A DNA stretch of 24,004 bases from Bdellovibrionia bacterium (GCA_049424145.1 JBMSSC010000032.1:1-24004), one strand, 5' to 3'. Numbered from the stretch's first letter, positions 9,086-17,146 are shown. Made by a program: numbers and translations. The notes: a model not told the origin generated them from the letters alone.

Positions 9086-10285
9086 TCACTCTGCCATTTT
9101 TTGTTGGAGATGGGCAATCTCTCGATTGGAAAGCTTAAGGATGTCGATGCCCGGAAGGCCTTTGCCCTCTAAGTACTCAAGGACCGCTCCTCCTCCTGTG
9201 GAGAGGTGGTGAAACCCACTGGCGTGCCCTGATTGCTTGATGGCTGAGACCGTGTCTCCTCCTCCTACAATTTTTGTGGCTTCCGTGTTTTGCGCAAGCA
9301 CCTCTGCTATGGCAAAGGTTCCCTGAGAGTACTGCGGGTTTTCAAACCAGCCCAAGGGCCCGTTCCAAAACACGGTGCGGGCCTGAGATAAAACGGTGGA
9401 GAATTGCTCAATGGTTTTAGGACCCAGGTCAAACCCCTCTTGAGTGTCTGAGGGGATGTAAACGGGAATTTCACGGCGTCGTGCCGCCTTGAAGATGGCG
9501 CGTGCCGCGTCCACGTCCTCAGGCTTGGGTTGCTTGGCCTTGGGGGGGATTTCATCTCCCTGAGCAGCCCAAAACGCATGGGCCATGGCTCCTCCAATGA
9601 CGAGCCCATCCACTTCTCGAAGCAGCGACTCAATCGTTTGAATCTTCTCACTCACTTTGGAGCCCCCTAAGACGGCATAGTAGGGCTTTTTGGGATGGTG
9701 GAGGAGCGGATCTAAGTACTGAAGCTCTTTGTCCATTAAAAAACCAATCCCCCGCTGGCTTAAGATCGAAGGTACTCCATAGGTGGAGGCGTGTTTTCGG
9801 TGGGCGGTTCCAAACGCATCGTTGATGAAGATTTCCCCTAAGCGAGCTAAGCGACCGGCAAATTCCGTGTCATTGGCTTCCTCTCCTGGATAAAAGCGCA
9901 AGTTCTCCAGAAGGAGAATTTGCCCGGGCTTGAGGGATTTCACCATGAGTTCAATTCCATCGCCGATGCAGTCTTCAGCAAGGGTCACTTCCTGGCCCAG
10001 TAGTTCTGCTAAGCGATGAGCCACGGGCTCCATGGAAAACTCAAGCTTGCGTCGTCCATTGGGTCTTCCTAAGTGGGAAGCGAGAACCACTTTGGCCCCT
10101 TTTTCCACCGCATACCGAATCGTGGGCAACGCCTCTTGGATGCGACTGTCGTCCTCCACCTGGCAAATTCCCTCTGAGTTGGGTTTGCTTAAGGGAACGT
10201 TGAAATCCACTCGCAGAAACAGGAGTTTGCCAGAGAGTTCAAAATCTGAAATCGTTTGAATTCGAAGAGAAGAATGAGCAGGCAT
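9086..10285 (-). CDS. pgk: Phosphoglycerate kinase
   Basis: RVDFNVP, SHLGRP, LLENLRF, NDAFGTAHR.HAS, WNGPLG, GGGDT and STGGGA motifs. Lies between gap and tpiA. Confidence 0.96.
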   Translation of the reverse strand: MPAHSSLRIQTISDFELSGKLLFLRVDFNVPLSKPNSEGICQVEDDSRIQEALPTIRYAVEKGAKVVLASHLGRPNGRRKLEFSMEPVAHRLAELLGQEVTLAEDCIGDGIELMVKSLKPGQILLLENLRFYPGEEANDTEFAGRLARLGEIFINDAFGTAHRKHASTYGVPSILSQRGIGFLMDKELQYLDPLLHHPKKPYYAVLGGSKVSEKIQTIESLLREVDGLVIGGAMAHAFWAAQGDEIPPKAKQPKPEDVDAARAIFKAARRREIPVYIPSDTQEGFDLGPKTIEQFSTVLSQARTVFWNGPLGWFENPQYSQGTFAIAEVLAQNTEATKIVGGGDTVSAIKQSGHASGFHHLSTGGGAVLEYLEGKGLPGIDILKLSNREIAHLQQKMAE

Positions 10286-10288
10286 GAC

Positions 10289-11302
10289 TTAGGATTCCTT
10301 TTTTACCATGTAAGTAGTCAGATCGAGCATTCGAGCCGAGAAGCCCGATTCATTGTCATACCAAGAGATCACTTTGACGAAGTTTCCCTCTAAGACATGC
10401 GTGAGCTCCGCATCGATGGTGGAGCTTTGCGTGCACCCGTTGAAATCAATAGAAACCAAAGGGACCGTGCAGTAGCCTAAGATCCCTCGCATGGAGCCTT
10501 CGGAGGCCTTTTTAAAAGCCGTGTTAATTTCTTCACGAGAGGTTTTTGTTTTCAGCTCACCGGTGAAGTCCACCAACGAGACGTTGGGGGTAGGCACTCG
10601 CACAGCAAGTCCATCGAGTTTGCCCTTTAAGTGGGGAAGAACCAATCCGACCGCCTTGGCAGCTCCCGAGGTCGTTGGGATCTGGGAGACGGCCGCTGCT
10701 CGCGCGCGCCTCATGTCCTTGTGCGAGAGGTCCAGCAGTTGTTGATCATTCGTGTAGCTATGGACGGTCAGCATCGTGCCTCGCACCACACCAAACTCGT
10801 CGTCTAAGACTTTAACCAGCGGGGCCAAACAGTTGGTCGTGCAGGAGGCGTTAGAAACAATGTGGTGCTCTTTCGCATTGTATAAGGATTCGTTGACTCC
10901 GAGGCAAAACGTCTGATCCGGATTTTTTGATGGAGCTGAGATAATCACCTTTTGAGCTCCTGCTTGCAAGTGCCCTTGAGCCTTTTCACGATCCGTGAAC
11001 ACGCCCGTGCACTCATGGACGAAGCGGGCATTGAGCTTTTTCCAGGGCAGCAGCGAAGGGTCTTTTTCTGAAGACAGGTGAATCCGTTTTTGGCCCACGA
11101 CTAAAACGTTACCCTCCAGGCGCACGTCTTGTCGGACGGTGCCGTGAACTGAGTCGTATTGAAACAAATGGGCGATCTGCTCGGGTTTGGAAAGATCATT
11201 GACTCCCACAATTTCCACGTCGTCTCGCTCCAAAGCCAGACGGAGAATTTTTCTGCCAATTCGACCAAAACCATTGATTGCAATTTTTGTAGGGTGCTGC
11301 AT
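10289..11302 (-). CDS. gap: Type I glyceraldehyde-3-phosphate dehydrogenase
   Basis: INGFGRIGR, ECTGVF, SNASCTTNCLAP, RVPTPNVS and WYDNE motifs. Confidence 0.98.
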   Translation of the reverse strand: MQHPTKIAINGFGRIGRKILRLALERDDVEIVGVNDLSKPEQIAHLFQYDSVHGTVRQDVRLEGNVLVVGQKRIHLSSEKDPSLLPWKKLNARFVHECTGVFTDREKAQGHLQAGAQKVIISAPSKNPDQTFCLGVNESLYNAKEHHIVSNASCTTNCLAPLVKVLDDEFGVVRGTMLTVHSYTNDQQLLDLSHKDMRRARAAAVSQIPTTSGAAKAVGLVLPHLKGKLDGLAVRVPTPNVSLVDFTGELKTKTSREEINTAFKKASEGSMRGILGYCTVPLVSIDFNGCTQSSTIDAELTHVLEGNFVKVISWYDNESGFSARMLDLTTYMVKKES

Positions 11303-11338
11303 GGGCAGGGTTATACTCTTCCTCGTGCCCAGTTGCTA
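11303..11338 (-). promoter_or_regulatory. Putative leaderless-type promoter of gap-pgk-tpiA
   Basis: Minus strand reads TAGCAA-N17-TATAAC-N7-ATG, with no SD at normal spacing. Confidence 0.4.
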
Positions 11339-11395
11339 GAAGCTTCTGCGGAGTTTTTTGCGAGTTCGCGTGTGAGCTGAAGCGGTGGGCTAGAA

Positions 11396-11432
11396 TTGAC
11401 AGGACTTCATTCGTCCTGCTAATCCCAGGGAC
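11396..11432 (+). promoter_or_regulatory. Putative leaderless-type promoter of polX-nth
   Basis: TTGACA(11396)-N18-TAATCC-N7-ATG(11433), with TGn immediately before the -10. Confidence 0.4.
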
Positions 11433-13160
11433 ATGAGAGATCCGATTGCTCTGTTAGAGGAAATTCAACACCTGATGGAACTCCGAGGGGAGAATCCTTT
11501 TAAGATCCGTGCCTTTGGGAAAGCAGCGCATGCGCTGGCCGGGCGAGAGGATCTGCTCGAGCGAGCCCAAAATGGTACGCTCAGTGAGCTGCCGTCCGTG
11601 GGCAAAGGAATCGCAGAGGTCTTAAGCGTTTACCTTTTAACGGGCCAATCGCCCCTGCGTGAGGAACTTTTAAGGGAAATCCCACCCGGTCTCGCCGAGT
11701 TCTCGCGCGTACCTGGGCTTGGACCTAAGAAAGCTGCTCGCGTGGTGGAAGAGCTTGGGATTTCCACCTTGGGGGAGCTGGAGTATGCTTGCCGAGAGAA
11801 TCGCCTGAGTCACTTAAAAGGCTTTGGCTTAGCACTGCAGCAAAAGATTTTAGAGGGTCTGCTGTTTATGCGCTCCAACGAGGGCCTGAAAAAGCTCTCC
11901 GATGTGCTCCCATGGGCTCAGGAGTTTTTAAAGGCGCTGCAGGCGGCTTTTCCCCAAAGCCGGGTGAGTGAGACAGGAGCTCTGCGCAGGCGCCTGGAAG
12001 TGCTCAGTGAGCTTGATTTTCTCGTGGAGCTCACTTCTGTAGGCGGTTCGCAGGTTACGGAGTTGGAAGTGCAGCAAGAGGACGTTCAAAAGCGTGTCGA
12101 CCGGCTCGTTCAGGATTTCTTAGCCCAAACAAAACTTCAATTTCCAGTGCGAGTTTTCTTGGCTCCGGCCTCTCAGTTTGGCTACGAGCTGGCCCGCACG
12201 ACGGCAACCCCTCAACACTGGGATGCCTTATTGCATGGGGCAGTAGGCTTCAACGGAGCAGAAACAGCAGAGTTGGCATGGGGAGGTTTGGGCCACCTCA
12301 GAGAATCCCCGACGGAGGAAGCGTTTTATCAGTCTTTGGGGCTTAGGGTGATTCCGCCTGAAGCCCGCGAGACGGGCGAGGAAGTGGAGTTTGCTCGCTC
12401 CGGCGCCTTAGACCACCTGCTGCCCTTGGATGGCGTTTTAGGGGTGTTTCATAATCATACGACGCGCTCGGATGGAGCAGCAACCCTTGAGCAAATGGTG
12501 GTTGCTGCTTTAGAGCGGGGCTATCAGTACATCGGGATTTCGGATCACAGTCAGTCCGCTTTCTATGCTCAAGGTTTAAAAGAAAAAGACCTGTGGGAGC
12601 AGAAAAAAGAGATCCTCGAGCTTCAGAAGAAGTACCCCAAGATCCGAATCTTTTGGGGTATTGAAAGTGATATCTTAGCCGATGGACAGCTCGATTATCC
12701 TGATTCTGTTTTAGCGGAGTTTGACTTTGTGATTGCCTCTGTTCACTCGCGCTTGAATATGGACGGTGAGGCGATGACGAATCGTCTCATTCAGGCGATT
12801 CGAAACCCCTACACCCGCTTCTTAGGTCACCCTACGGGTCGCCTTCTTTTGGGGCGCAAAGGGTATGAGCTCAACATGCCTGCGATCATTCAAGAGGCTG
12901 CGCGCTGTGGAGTGGCCATTGAGCTCAATGCCAATCCGCACCGACTGGATCTGGATTGGCGCTGGGGGGCTGAGATGCGCAAGCACAAGACCCTCACCTC
13001 GATCCATCCGGACGCGCATGAGGTGGCAGGACTGGATGATGTTCAGTGGGGTGTGTGGATGGCTAGAAAAGCCCTGTTTCCTCGGGAGTTGGTGGTGAAT
13101 GCCCAATCGGCGTCTCAGGTGGAGCAATGGCTCAAGCGAAATCCGGGTCCAGTGCTTTGA
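11433..13160 (+). CDS. polX: DNA polymerase X-PHP fusion protein, non-canonical (altered polymerase active site)
   Basis: 8-kDa domain (GENPFKIRAF), HhH motifs (PGLGPKK, KGFG), palm GALRR...SELD, and a C-terminal PHP domain with HNH, SDG, SDH, GIESD, SVH, GHP and DAH. Confidence 0.9.
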   Translation: MRDPIALLEEIQHLMELRGENPFKIRAFGKAAHALAGREDLLERAQNGTLSELPSVGKGIAEVLSVYLLTGQSPLREELLREIPPGLAEFSRVPGLGPKKAARVVEELGISTLGELEYACRENRLSHLKGFGLALQQKILEGLLFMRSNEGLKKLSDVLPWAQEFLKALQAAFPQSRVSETGALRRRLEVLSELDFLVELTSVGGSQVTELEVQQEDVQKRVDRLVQDFLAQTKLQFPVRVFLAPASQFGYELARTTATPQHWDALLHGAVGFNGAETAELAWGGLGHLRESPTEEAFYQSLGLRVIPPEARETGEEVEFARSGALDHLLPLDGVLGVFHNHTTRSDGAATLEQMVVAALERGYQYIGISDHSQSAFYAQGLKEKDLWEQKKEILELQKKYPKIRIFWGIESDILADGQLDYPDSVLAEFDFVIASVHSRLNMDGEAMTNRLIQAIRNPYTRFLGHPTGRLLLGRKGYELNMPAIIQEAARCGVAIELNANPHRLDLDWRWGAEMRKHKTLTSIHPDAHEVAGLDDVQWGVWMARKALFPRELVVNAQSASQVEQWLKRNPGPVL

Positions 13161-13837
13161 GTCAGTCCAAAAGAGCTTTAGAGAAAAGGGAGCTGGAAAA
13201 GCGCAGGATGGAGCAAATCCTGACCATTTTAAAGGCACAGTACCCGGACGCTCGTTGCAGTTTGTTTTTTAAAACTCCGTTTCAGCTGTTGATCGCTACC
13301 ATCCTCTCGGCCCAGTGTACAGATGAGCGGGTGAATCAAGTCACTCCGGCTCTTTTTCAACGCTTCCCCACCGCTCAGGAAATGAGCCAGGCCACACTTC
13401 AGGAGCTTGAAGTCCTGATCCAGAGCACGGGTTTTTTTAGAAGCAAAGCAAGAGCCTTAAAAGAGACTTCCCAAGCCCTCATGACTCGCTTTGGAGGGGA
13501 GATTCCCGTGGATCGGCAGAAGCTAGTTGAGCTGCGCGGCGTGGGACGCAAAACGGCAAACGTCCTCTTAGGCGTGGGTTATGGGATCCCTGCCGTTGTC
13601 GTAGACACCCACGTCACCCGACTCACCGGGCGACTGGGTTTTACTCGCTCCAAGAATGCGGTTCAGATCGAGCACCAGCTCATGGAGGTGGTGGCTCAGC
13701 AGGATTGGAGCCTCTATGCGCTCCTGATGATTGATCATGGGCGAAAAATTTGTACCGCCCGTGTGGCTCGCTGTGAACTTTGTGTTCTTAAGGAGCTGTG
13801 TCCTAAGAAAATTGACCGATCTCGCTCCCCGGCTTGA
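13157..13837 (+). CDS. nth: Endonuclease III (HhH-GPD glycosylase/AP lyase, [4Fe-4S])
   Basis: LSAQCTD, LRGVGRKTANV, VDTHV and C-X6-C-X2-C-X5-C motifs. The start is uncertain: TTG 13157 (TTGA overlap with the polX stop), ATG 13127 or ATG 13208. Confidence 0.95.
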   Translation: MSQSKRALEKRELEKRRMEQILTILKAQYPDARCSLFFKTPFQLLIATILSAQCTDERVNQVTPALFQRFPTAQEMSQATLQELEVLIQSTGFFRSKARALKETSQALMTRFGGEIPVDRQKLVELRGVGRKTANVLLGVGYGIPAVVVDTHVTRLTGRLGFTRSKNAVQIEHQLMEVVAQQDWSLYALLMIDHGRKICTARVARCELCVLKELCPKKIDRSRSPA

Positions 13838-13964
13838 CTCCAGGGACGCTCGGGTTTTGGCTCTGAGATCGGTCTTGCTGCCTCAAATTTGCTTAGCCAA
13901 GGTGTAAGAAAAGTGATACAAGGCCGCTTTTGAACCCCACTCGGATCACAGGAGATCAAAAACT

Positions 13965-14213
13965 ATGAATCCTGCTCAGCTGAAGCAAAAACTCGAATCC
14001 CTCGCTCCTGAAACTCAGGCAACCGTGGTGGATTTAACCGGAACGCAAGATCACTATCAAGCCGTCATTGTCTCTCAGGCTTTTGAAGGCAAAATGATGA
14101 TTGAGCAGCATCGGATGGTCTTTCGCCTAGTTCAAGCTGAGATTGACTCGGGCGAAGTTCATGCTTTGACTTTAAAAACGTACACCCCTGAAGAATTTAG
14201 GAAATCCAAATGA
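13965..14213 (+). CDS. BolA/IbaG family protein
   Basis: DHY...VS..FEGK..IEQHRMV and VHAL.LKT motifs; AGGAG SD upstream. Confidence 0.92.
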   Translation: MNPAQLKQKLESLAPETQATVVDLTGTQDHYQAVIVSQAFEGKMMIEQHRMVFRLVQAEIDSGEVHALTLKTYTPEEFRKSK

Positions 14214-14527
14214 CTCAAGAACTCATTCAGAAAGTAGAACAAATTTCAAAATCCGCTCCCGCAGTGATTTTTATGAAAGGAACCCCAGCGTTTCCACAAT
14301 GTGGGTTCTCAGCGCGGGCCTGTCAGGTTTTAAGAGCAGCCGGAGTGGACAATCCTGTGGCCGTCGACGTTCTCTCAGATGATCCTCTTTGGGGAGCGTT
14401 AGAAGAGTTCACGCAATGGCCCACGGTGCCTCAGATTTTTATCCACGGCAAGTTCATTGGCGGATGCGATATCATCTGTGAAATGTTTGAGCGAGGCGAG
14501 CTTCAGAAGATGCTCAAGCAGGCCTAG
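14210..14527 (+). CDS. grxD: Monothiol glutaredoxin, Grx4 family
   Basis: KGTP..PQCGFS, WPTVPQ and GGCD motifs; ATGA overlap with bolA. Confidence 0.95.
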   Translation: MTQELIQKVEQISKSAPAVIFMKGTPAFPQCGFSARACQVLRAAGVDNPVAVDVLSDDPLWGALEEFTQWPTVPQIFIHGKFIGGCDIICEMFERGELQKMLKQA

Positions 14528-14574
14528 TCCGTTTCGGTTTTTACGAAGCCCAATTTAGGTTGACAAAAGAGTCC

Positions 14575-14613
14575 AGCCCCAAGCGTTGAGTCGCTGGGTT
14601 GGGCTTTTTTTTT
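14575..14613 (+). terminator. Rho-independent terminator after bolA-grxD
   Basis: Imperfect GC-rich stem AGCCC...AGCG-loop-CGCT...GGGCT followed by a T run. Confidence 0.65.
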
Positions 14614-14652
14614 GAATTTGGAGAAGAAAAAAAAGAGCCTACCGCCGTGCGG

Positions 14653-14681
14653 TTGAAAACCGTTGGCTACCCAAGTACACT
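14653..14681 (+). promoter_or_regulatory. Putative sigma70 promoter of the thioredoxin/TPR gene
   Basis: TTGAAA-N17-TACACT, followed downstream by a tandem AGTCAAAA x2 (14694-14709) and an AGGAGG SD before ATG 14723. Confidence 0.55.
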
Positions 14682-14722
14682 CGGAGAAGAAGCAGTCAAA
14701 AAGTCAAAAGCCAGGAGGAATC

Positions 14723-16225
14723 ATGCAGGGTCTACTCGGGTTTGCTTTTTTGGTTCTATGGACTTCTCCTTTGCTCTGGGCCCATCCGGAGCCTGGAGTG
14801 GTAGGCGGTGGCCGTTCCCTCATCCATCGGGCTCCGGATTTTCAGGTTTCAGCCGGGCTGAGTCAAGGTGATCTTGAAATTCAAGCGATTGCTCCGGCTC
14901 ATCATCACTTTAACTTAAAAGCACCCATGATGCTCCTTCGGGTGGGGACAGGGTTCACTTTGCCCCCGGATCGCGCTCAGGAGCGTGAGGTGCTCTTCCG
15001 AGTGCACGACTCACGATCGGCTCAGTATGAAGTGTCTCTGTACCTTTGTGATGAGGCGAAGACCTATTGTGAGAAGCACAAGGTGCTGGTTTCCTGGAAT
15101 GAGAAGAAGGCTGAGGTCAAGGCCCAATCGATGGGGCCTGATCCCGTGTCAGTGGATTTTCAGCTTGAGGCCTGGGCGAGAAGGCCAATACAAAAAAACC
15201 GTGAAGGGTTTATCGTCAATCAGCCTGAGGAGGCTATTTTGGAGGCCAAACAAAAGAATAAGCCTCTGTTGATTGATTTTTTTGGCATCTGGTGTCCTTC
15301 GTGTAACCGACTCGATGAGCGCGTGTTGAATCAATCCCAGTTTCAAAGTTATTCGCTCAACTTTGTGAAGTTAAAGCTGGATGCGGATCGTGAGGTGTCT
15401 TGGCCGCTGAAGTCCAAGTACCAGGTGCGGAGTTATCCTACGCTGATTCTTGCGAGTCCCCAGGGGGATTTCCTGGCGCGTCTGGAGGGGTTTCACTCGG
15501 AAGCTGAGCTTGTGGGCTGGATGAAGCAGGTGCTGGGAGCAGGGGCGCGAGGCTGGGTGGCGCATGCGGTGAAGAGCGAAAGGGGGCTTTCGGTTGCTTC
15601 AGAAGGGAGGAGGCTTCAGGAGCTCGAGCGTAAGCGCGAGAAAACCCTGCAGGATTGGAATGAGCTTCTTCTTCTTGCTCAAAAAGCGCTAGAGAGCTCC
15701 GGCAGTGGCTCAATGGATTCAAAAGCTGAGCTTTGGAGCCTGATCGGTCAGGCGTATGAAGAGTTGTCTCAGCCTGAAAAGTCCAGGCAGGCCTGGAAAA
15801 CGGCAGCTCGGGAGTATCGCCAGGGGATTCGCTCAGGTGAAGAGCGGGGAGATCATCTGGAGTTTGCTCATGCACTTTGGAAGTCAGGGGAATTTGACCA
15901 GGCTGAGGCCATTTACCAGCGGTTTGAGAAAAAATACCCCTCGGAGTTCACTTTCTACTTCAATCATGCCGCAATGAAACTGGCTCAAGGACAGTGGTCA
16001 GCCTCAGAGGAGCTCGCTCAACGGGCTTTACAGTTTTCTTACGGGGATAATCGCCTTCGAGCGACCTTGCTGATGGCGAAGGCTCTTCAAGCTCAAAGTC
16101 GTGTGGATGAAGCAAAAAAGCTGATTCATGAGACTCTTGAGCGTGCACCACGGCCTTCTGATCCAGAGATTCGAACTCATTGGTACTTGGATCAGCTCAG
16201 GCAGTGGGCCCAAAAGGTCTCTTAG
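14723..16225 (+). CDS. Exported thioredoxin-family protein with C-terminal TPR-like helical repeats
   Basis: AGGAGG SD and a signal-peptide-like N-terminus. Thioredoxin fold with KPLLIDFFGIWCPSC and YPT, followed by TPR-like repeats. Confidence 0.8.
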   Translation: MQGLLGFAFLVLWTSPLLWAHPEPGVVGGGRSLIHRAPDFQVSAGLSQGDLEIQAIAPAHHHFNLKAPMMLLRVGTGFTLPPDRAQEREVLFRVHDSRSAQYEVSLYLCDEAKTYCEKHKVLVSWNEKKAEVKAQSMGPDPVSVDFQLEAWARRPIQKNREGFIVNQPEEAILEAKQKNKPLLIDFFGIWCPSCNRLDERVLNQSQFQSYSLNFVKLKLDADREVSWPLKSKYQVRSYPTLILASPQGDFLARLEGFHSEAELVGWMKQVLGAGARGWVAHAVKSERGLSVASEGRRLQELERKREKTLQDWNELLLLAQKALESSGSGSMDSKAELWSLIGQAYEELSQPEKSRQAWKTAAREYRQGIRSGEERGDHLEFAHALWKSGEFDQAEAIYQRFEKKYPSEFTFYFNHAAMKLAQGQWSASEELAQRALQFSYGDNRLRATLLMAKALQAQSRVDEAKKLIHETLERAPRPSDPEIRTHWYLDQLRQWAQKVS

Positions 16226-16230
16226 CGGTC

Positions 16231-16258
16231 AACTCCCCGTCTGAGCAACTGGGGAGTT
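16231..16258. terminator. Inverted repeat between convergent stops, possible bidirectional terminator
   Basis: AACTCCCC(16231-38)/GGGGAGTT(16251-58) forms a perfect 8-bp stem between stops at 16225 (+) and 16262 (-). There is no strong U tract. Confidence 0.45.
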
Positions 16259-16261
16259 CCC

Positions 16262-16408
16262 TTAGGTCATGGGATAGGCTTTTTTCTTCAGGGCCTTTTT
16301 GCTGCGCTCCACAGCCACTTTATGGGCCGCAGGGGCGGTGCCATTTTTGTAGGCGGTGTGCTGATCGTGTCTTCGGTTTCTGTGTTTCACGCTAAGTCTT
16401 TTTGCCAT
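16262..16408 (-). CDS. Hypothetical small basic protein (48 aa)
   Basis: MAKRLSVKHRNRRHDQHTAYKNGTAPAAHKVAVERSKKALKKKAYPMT fills an otherwise empty ~290-bp gap. Upstream TTGTCT-N17-TAGTTT and a hairpin right after the stop. Confidence 0.55.
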   Translation of the reverse strand: MAKRLSVKHRNRRHDQHTAYKNGTAPAAHKVAVERSKKALKKKAYPMT

Positions 16409-16516
16409 AAGGTGCGGAAAACTAACATAGTCAGCGTCCTCAGACAATCAAGAAAAGTCATCTCTTTTGTCTTTTTGGGGGTTGGGCAGAAGCAGGGGAT
16501 TTGGTAGGGGGGAGGC

Positions 16517-17080
16517 ATGAGGAAAGCGAATCCTTTTGAGTCAGGAGAACGAAAAGTCATTCCCGCCGTTTTAGTCTACTTGAGGTGTGGGCGGGAGGTC
16601 TTGATGGTTCACCGCAACGCTCAGGGCTTAGCAGAGCCTGATTTTCATCAAGGCAAGTGGAACGGGTTAGGCGGAAAACTCGAGCTTGAGGAGTCCCCTG
16701 CTCAGGCCGCCCAACGCGAGTTTCAAGAGGAGTCGGGCATTGAGCTTCCCTTGAGCGCCTTTTGCCCCGTGGGGGTTCTTCAGTTTCCTGGATTTAAGAT
16801 CCATAAGAACGAAGATTGGATGGTCTTTGTGTTTGTGGCCAATCTGCCTTCGGATCAGCGCTTTGAGCCCAAGTTGGGCCTCACCTCTGAAGGCACGCTT
16901 CACTGGGTGCCTGAGACTGAGATTTTGAGCCTTAACTTATGGACGGGGGATCGTTTATTTATTCCCTACGTACTAGATGGGAAGCCTTTTTTTGGAACCA
17001 TCTGGTACGAAAACGCTCTTGTTGTGCGTCATTCGATTCAGTCGTTTCATTCGCTTCAGCCGATTCATTCTTTCATTTAG
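16517..17080 (+). CDS. Nudix hydrolase, 8-oxo-dGTP diphosphatase (MutT/MTH1-like)
   Basis: GKWNGLGGKLE..ES..AAQREFQEESG Nudix box, plus EG.L.W and LW.GD segments. Confidence 0.88.
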   Translation: MRKANPFESGERKVIPAVLVYLRCGREVLMVHRNAQGLAEPDFHQGKWNGLGGKLELEESPAQAAQREFQEESGIELPLSAFCPVGVLQFPGFKIHKNEDWMVFVFVANLPSDQRFEPKLGLTSEGTLHWVPETEILSLNLWTGDRLFIPYVLDGKPFFGTIWYENALVVRHSIQSFHSLQPIHSFI

Positions 17081-17111
17081 GAATTATTCCATCATAACTG
17101 ATGATCTCAAT

Positions 17112-17146
17112 TTGACAACCCCAAGGAGCAGAGGTAGTCAAAAAAG
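17112..17146 (+). promoter_or_regulatory. Putative leaderless-type promoter of the acyl-CoA synthetase
   Basis: TTGACA(17112)-N17-TAGTCA-N6-ATG(17147). GAGG and AAGGAG lie farther upstream than a typical SD. Confidence 0.4.

Noticed and set aside
14560..14565. Perfect TTGACA after grxD
   Set aside because: There is no -10 element at 16-18 nt spacing, and it sits just before a terminator.
16322..16507. 61-aa plus-strand ORF in the same gap as the small basic ORF
   Set aside because: It has no SD or promoter, and its hydrophobicity mirrors the antisense Lys codons. The minus-strand ORF has better flanking signals.
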